Shown here piece after piece: positions 61,182 through 64,000 of a DNA stretch of 64,000 nucleotides. The stretch's first letter is position 1, and the number at the start of each line of letters is the position of its first letter. The stretch spans positions 1-64,000 of the forward strand of contig CBDBZY010000013.1 in assembly GCA_965213685.1 (NCBI GenBank). Reading direction: 5' to 3'. The stretch comes from a bacterium (lineage in GTDB: Bacteria > UBA8248). The notes below the pieces were generated by a model. That model did not search any database, was not told where the DNA came from, and saw only the letters and a list, made by a program, of their open reading frames with translations. Made by a program: the position numbers and the translations under genes.

Positions 61182-61370
61182 ATGACCCGCGGCGTGGTCT
61201 GGTTGCTGGGCGCATTGATTCTGTCGGGTCTTTTGATTTTTGCGCTGCGGGGGATTTGCTCCAACGCATCCGCGTTTCCAACGCTAACCGGATATTTTTG
61301 TCCCGGGCCCAGGTTGAAAGGGATGACAACTCCACCGCGTCCCGCGTCCAGGAAGGTGGACAGACAATAG
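61182..61370 (+). CDS. Small membrane hypothetical protein
   Basis: Single TM and two Cys; precedes the MmgE/PrpD gene. Confidence 0.35.
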   Translation: MTRGVVWLLGALILSGLLIFALRGICSNASAFPTLTGYFCPGPRLKGMTTPPRPASRKVDRQ

Positions 61371-61413
61371 GCCGGATCAGCCCGGGCCGGGAAGCTCTCA
61401 GAAAGGTGAGGTT

Positions 61414-62811
61414 ATGACGGATTCAGATTCTCTCATCACGGACGCCATCGTCGAGTTTGTCCTGGAGACGGAATATGAGGATGTGCCGGAAGACGTAAGG
61501 GTCATCATGCGCCGGTGCTTCGTGGACGGGATCGGCCTGATGGTTGCGGGCTCTACGGAGGAGAGCGGCCGCATCATGCAGAACTATCTCCGGGAGATCG
61601 GGGGAGAGCCGGAGGCGCGGGTCATCGGAACCGGCATGACGGTGCCCGCCCACCTTGCCGCCTTGGCGAACGGGGTCGCGGGCCACGCGATGGATTATGA
61701 CGATACGCAGCTGAGCAGCTATCCGGATCGCGTCTACGGCCTGCTGACGCATCCCACGTGCCCGGTGATGCCCGCAGCCCTCGCCCTTGCGGAGGCCTTG
61801 GGCTCCACCGGCCAGGAGCTGCTCACCGCGTTCGCCTTGGGCTTCGAGGTCGAATGCAAGGTGGCGGAGGCGATTCTGCCGGATCACTATGTCAAGGGGT
61901 TTCACTCCACGGGCACCATCGGCGCCATCGGCGCGGCGACCGCCGCGGCCAAGCTGATGAGGCTGGACGAGGCCCAGTTGCGCATGTGCTACGGCATCGC
62001 CTGCTCGGAGAGCGCGGGCCTTCGGGCGAATTTTGGAACCATGACGAAGCCCTACCACTGCGGCCGCGCGGCGGAGAACGGCGTGGTGGCGGCGCGCCTG
62101 GCGGCCGGCGGCTATTCTTCCGACCCCACGATATTTGACGGGCGGTGGGGGTTTTTCCAGATCATGGGCGGGGGCTGCGACCGGGATTATATCGTCGGCA
62201 AGCTCGGCAACGACTGGTCGGCGGTGGATCCGGGGGTTTCCATCAAGCCCTACCCTTGCGGCTCCCTCTCGCACCCCGCCATGGACGCCGCCAGGGACCT
62301 GATTCTGGAAAACGACATACGGCACGAACAGGTCAAGGAGCTGCGCTTCGGCACCACCGCGCGCGTGCTGGAGCCGCTGCGCTACAAGGAGCCGCAGAAT
62401 GAACTGGAGGCGAAATTCTCCTTGCAGTTTGGTTTCGCCGTCTTGCTGCTCGAGCGCGCGGCCGGCATCGCCCAATACAAGGACGAAGTCGTCCGCCGCC
62501 CCGACGTCGTGGAGATGATGAAGAAGGTCCACGCTTTCAAGGACGATGAAATCGAGGCACAGGGATACGCCCTGATTCGCGGCAAGGTGGAGATAGAACT
62601 CGAAGACGGCGCGGTGTACGAGAAAATGTCCGAAATTTCCCGCGGCACTCCCCAGCGGCCGATGGATCGCGAGGAGCTTTTCGAGAAGTTCACCGAATGC
62701 GCCGGCCTGGTGTACGGGAGCGAGCAGATCGCCAGGCTGGAGGCGATGCTCTACAAGATCGATACGGCGGAGAACATTCACGGCCTCATCGAACTGCTGG
62801 GCGAAGGATAA
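61414..62811 (+). CDS. MmgE/PrpD family protein
   Basis: NGVAGHAMDYDD, HP, GFHSTG, KPYHCG, KPYPCG, AKFS. Confidence 0.93.
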   Translation: MTDSDSLITDAIVEFVLETEYEDVPEDVRVIMRRCFVDGIGLMVAGSTEESGRIMQNYLREIGGEPEARVIGTGMTVPAHLAALANGVAGHAMDYDDTQLSSYPDRVYGLLTHPTCPVMPAALALAEALGSTGQELLTAFALGFEVECKVAEAILPDHYVKGFHSTGTIGAIGAATAAAKLMRLDEAQLRMCYGIACSESAGLRANFGTMTKPYHCGRAAENGVVAARLAAGGYSSDPTIFDGRWGFFQIMGGGCDRDYIVGKLGNDWSAVDPGVSIKPYPCGSLSHPAMDAARDLILENDIRHEQVKELRFGTTARVLEPLRYKEPQNELEAKFSLQFGFAVLLLERAAGIAQYKDEVVRRPDVVEMMKKVHAFKDDEIEAQGYALIRGKVEIELEDGAVYEKMSEISRGTPQRPMDREELFEKFTECAGLVYGSEQIARLEAMLYKIDTAENIHGLIELLGEG

Positions 62812-62864
62812 GAGGCGAAGCGATTCTCCCTTGTCGGACGGCGCGTGTTTCGTCCGGGAGGGGG

Positions 62865-63293
62865 GTGGCGGATGACGGGACAAAGGAGAGACGATTGGGC
62901 TTTCATCGGTGGGAAGAGGTTCCCGAGACCCAGAACCTCCGCAAGGGCACCATGCGCCGGGCGGTCGCGCTCGACGGCTTGACGATGCAGCGCGGCGAGA
63001 TATCGCCCGGCACGACGTTCGATGAGCGCACGATTCATCGCCATCCGGAGGATCAGTTTATCGTCCTGCTCGAGGGCAGGCTGCGGCTGCGCATCGACGG
63101 CGCGGAGGAGTGGCTGGAGCCCGGCGGGTTCGCCGCCATACCCGGCGGCGCGTTCCACAGCGCGACGGGCGTGGGGCGCGAGGGCGCGAAATACGTCGAA
63201 ATCCTCTCCGGGGGCCGCATCGACTATTTGCCCGGCTATCTGGGCGCGCCCCGAAACGAATTCTTGCATGAGCAGAAAAGCGGGGAGCGATGA
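62865..63293 (+). CDS. Cupin domain protein
   Basis: HRHPEDQ, IPGGAFH. Confidence 0.8.
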   Translation: MADDGTKERRLGFHRWEEVPETQNLRKGTMRRAVALDGLTMQRGEISPGTTFDERTIHRHPEDQFIVLLEGRLRLRIDGAEEWLEPGGFAAIPGGAFHSATGVGREGAKYVEILSGGRIDYLPGYLGAPRNEFLHEQKSGER

Positions 63294-63682
63294 CGAAAGA
63301 GGCGAGGCGCATTTTTGTCGTTTGCGCGGACTTGATGTTCTCCGCCGGGATTCGGGAGGCGGGAGCCTCCCGGGGCGTGACGCTGGAGTTCATCGATTCG
63401 AAAGAGAAATTTCAGGAGGCACTCGCGCATTTTCGCGCGCCGTTGCTCCTGGCGGATTTGCATCACCATGCGTTGGGCGGGGATCGGGCGGGCGAGCTCG
63501 TCGCCGCGCTGAGGGCCAGCGAGAAAAACGCGCGGACGTACGCCGTCGCCTGGGGCAAGCATACCGAACCGGGGCTGCTCCGCTCGGCGGAGCGGGCGGG
63601 GTTCGACAAGGCGATGCCGCGCTCCTTGTTCGTGAGGGAAATGCCCGAACTCGTTCGGCGCGCCGCGGCGAGCGGAATTTGA
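63290..63682 (+). CDS. Stand-alone atypical receiver-domain protein
   Basis: DLMF, LLLADL, AWGKH, AGFD..MPRS.F. Confidence 0.7.
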   Translation: MTKEARRIFVVCADLMFSAGIREAGASRGVTLEFIDSKEKFQEALAHFRAPLLLADLHHHALGGDRAGELVAALRASEKNARTYAVAWGKHTEPGLLRSAERAGFDKAMPRSLFVREMPELVRRAAASGI

Positions 63683-64000
63683 GCGGGCGCACGACGCCCC
63701 GTCCCGAGGGAGGGAGGCCCAACCCGGAGGCGTGCGACGGCTCCCTCGTCTGGTGGGTGGGCGTGCCGACGTCGGAGCAGAACTATTTGCAGGCGGTGCT
63801 GGAAGGCTATGATGATTTAGGATACTACCAGACGTTCCGCTCCGGTGCCGGGAAAAACGAGGGGGAGCAGCCCATCTCGCTTGCGCGGCTGACCTCCTCC
63901 GTCGATGCGCGGGCGGAAGCGGAAGCGCTTCTCGATGCGCTCTCTGAAGAAGTGAATCTCCACATCCTGGACGTCACCCCTCCGTTCGGCTCTGCGGAAC
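63679..64000 (+). CDS. DUF4911-like hypothetical protein, runs off the window
   Basis: TTG overlaps the upstream stop; NYLQAVLEGYDDLG; open to the window end. Confidence 0.5.
   Translation, partial: MSGRTTPRPEGGRPNPEACDGSLVWWVGVPTSEQNYLQAVLEGYDDLGYYQTFRSGAGKNEGEQPISLARLTSSVDARAEAEALLDALSEEVNLHILDVTPPFGSAE

Noticed and set aside
10951-64000. Alternative genetic code (TGA = Trp or Gly)
   Set aside because: TGA ends many genes at their expected C-termini, and the internal TGAs found occur only at Cys positions

Overview
The window looks like two unrelated sequences joined at about 10950/10951. Bases 1-10950 are planctomycete-like: two PEP-CTERM proteins, an ECF sigma/FecR/DUF1559 cassette, an outer-membrane beta-barrel, and tRNA-Lys flanked by two broken tyrosine integrases. 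Bases 10951-64000 come from a more GC-rich bacterium, near its origin region (mnmE-mnmG-parS-parA-parB), with nad genes and many catabolic and redox genes. Main points: (1) three genes have an in-frame TGA exactly at a catalytic or redox Cys, each followed by a SECIS-like hairpin, so they are probable selenoproteins: a secreted thioredoxin (WUxxC), a UGSC-motif protein and an Ogt/MGMT DNA-repair alkyltransferase (PUHR). (2) The UGSC gene lies near four tandem ~340-aa 'WSDGLPV' paralogs of unknown function and a lone molybdenum-hydroxylase subunit, a candidate uncharacterised selenium-linked redox system. (3) An 8-bp (GACACCCC)x11.5 tract holds a DNA methyltransferase out of frame, upstream of a PD-(D/E)xK nuclease (possible phase-variable R-M). 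(4) A 4x ~372-bp tandem array is amplified debris of a MATE pseudogene, and a collapsed proW/proV remnant follows an orphan betaine-binding protein. Several +1 homopolymer frameshifts, including one in mnmG, are probably sequencing errors. All family calls come from reading motifs by eye; no searches were run.
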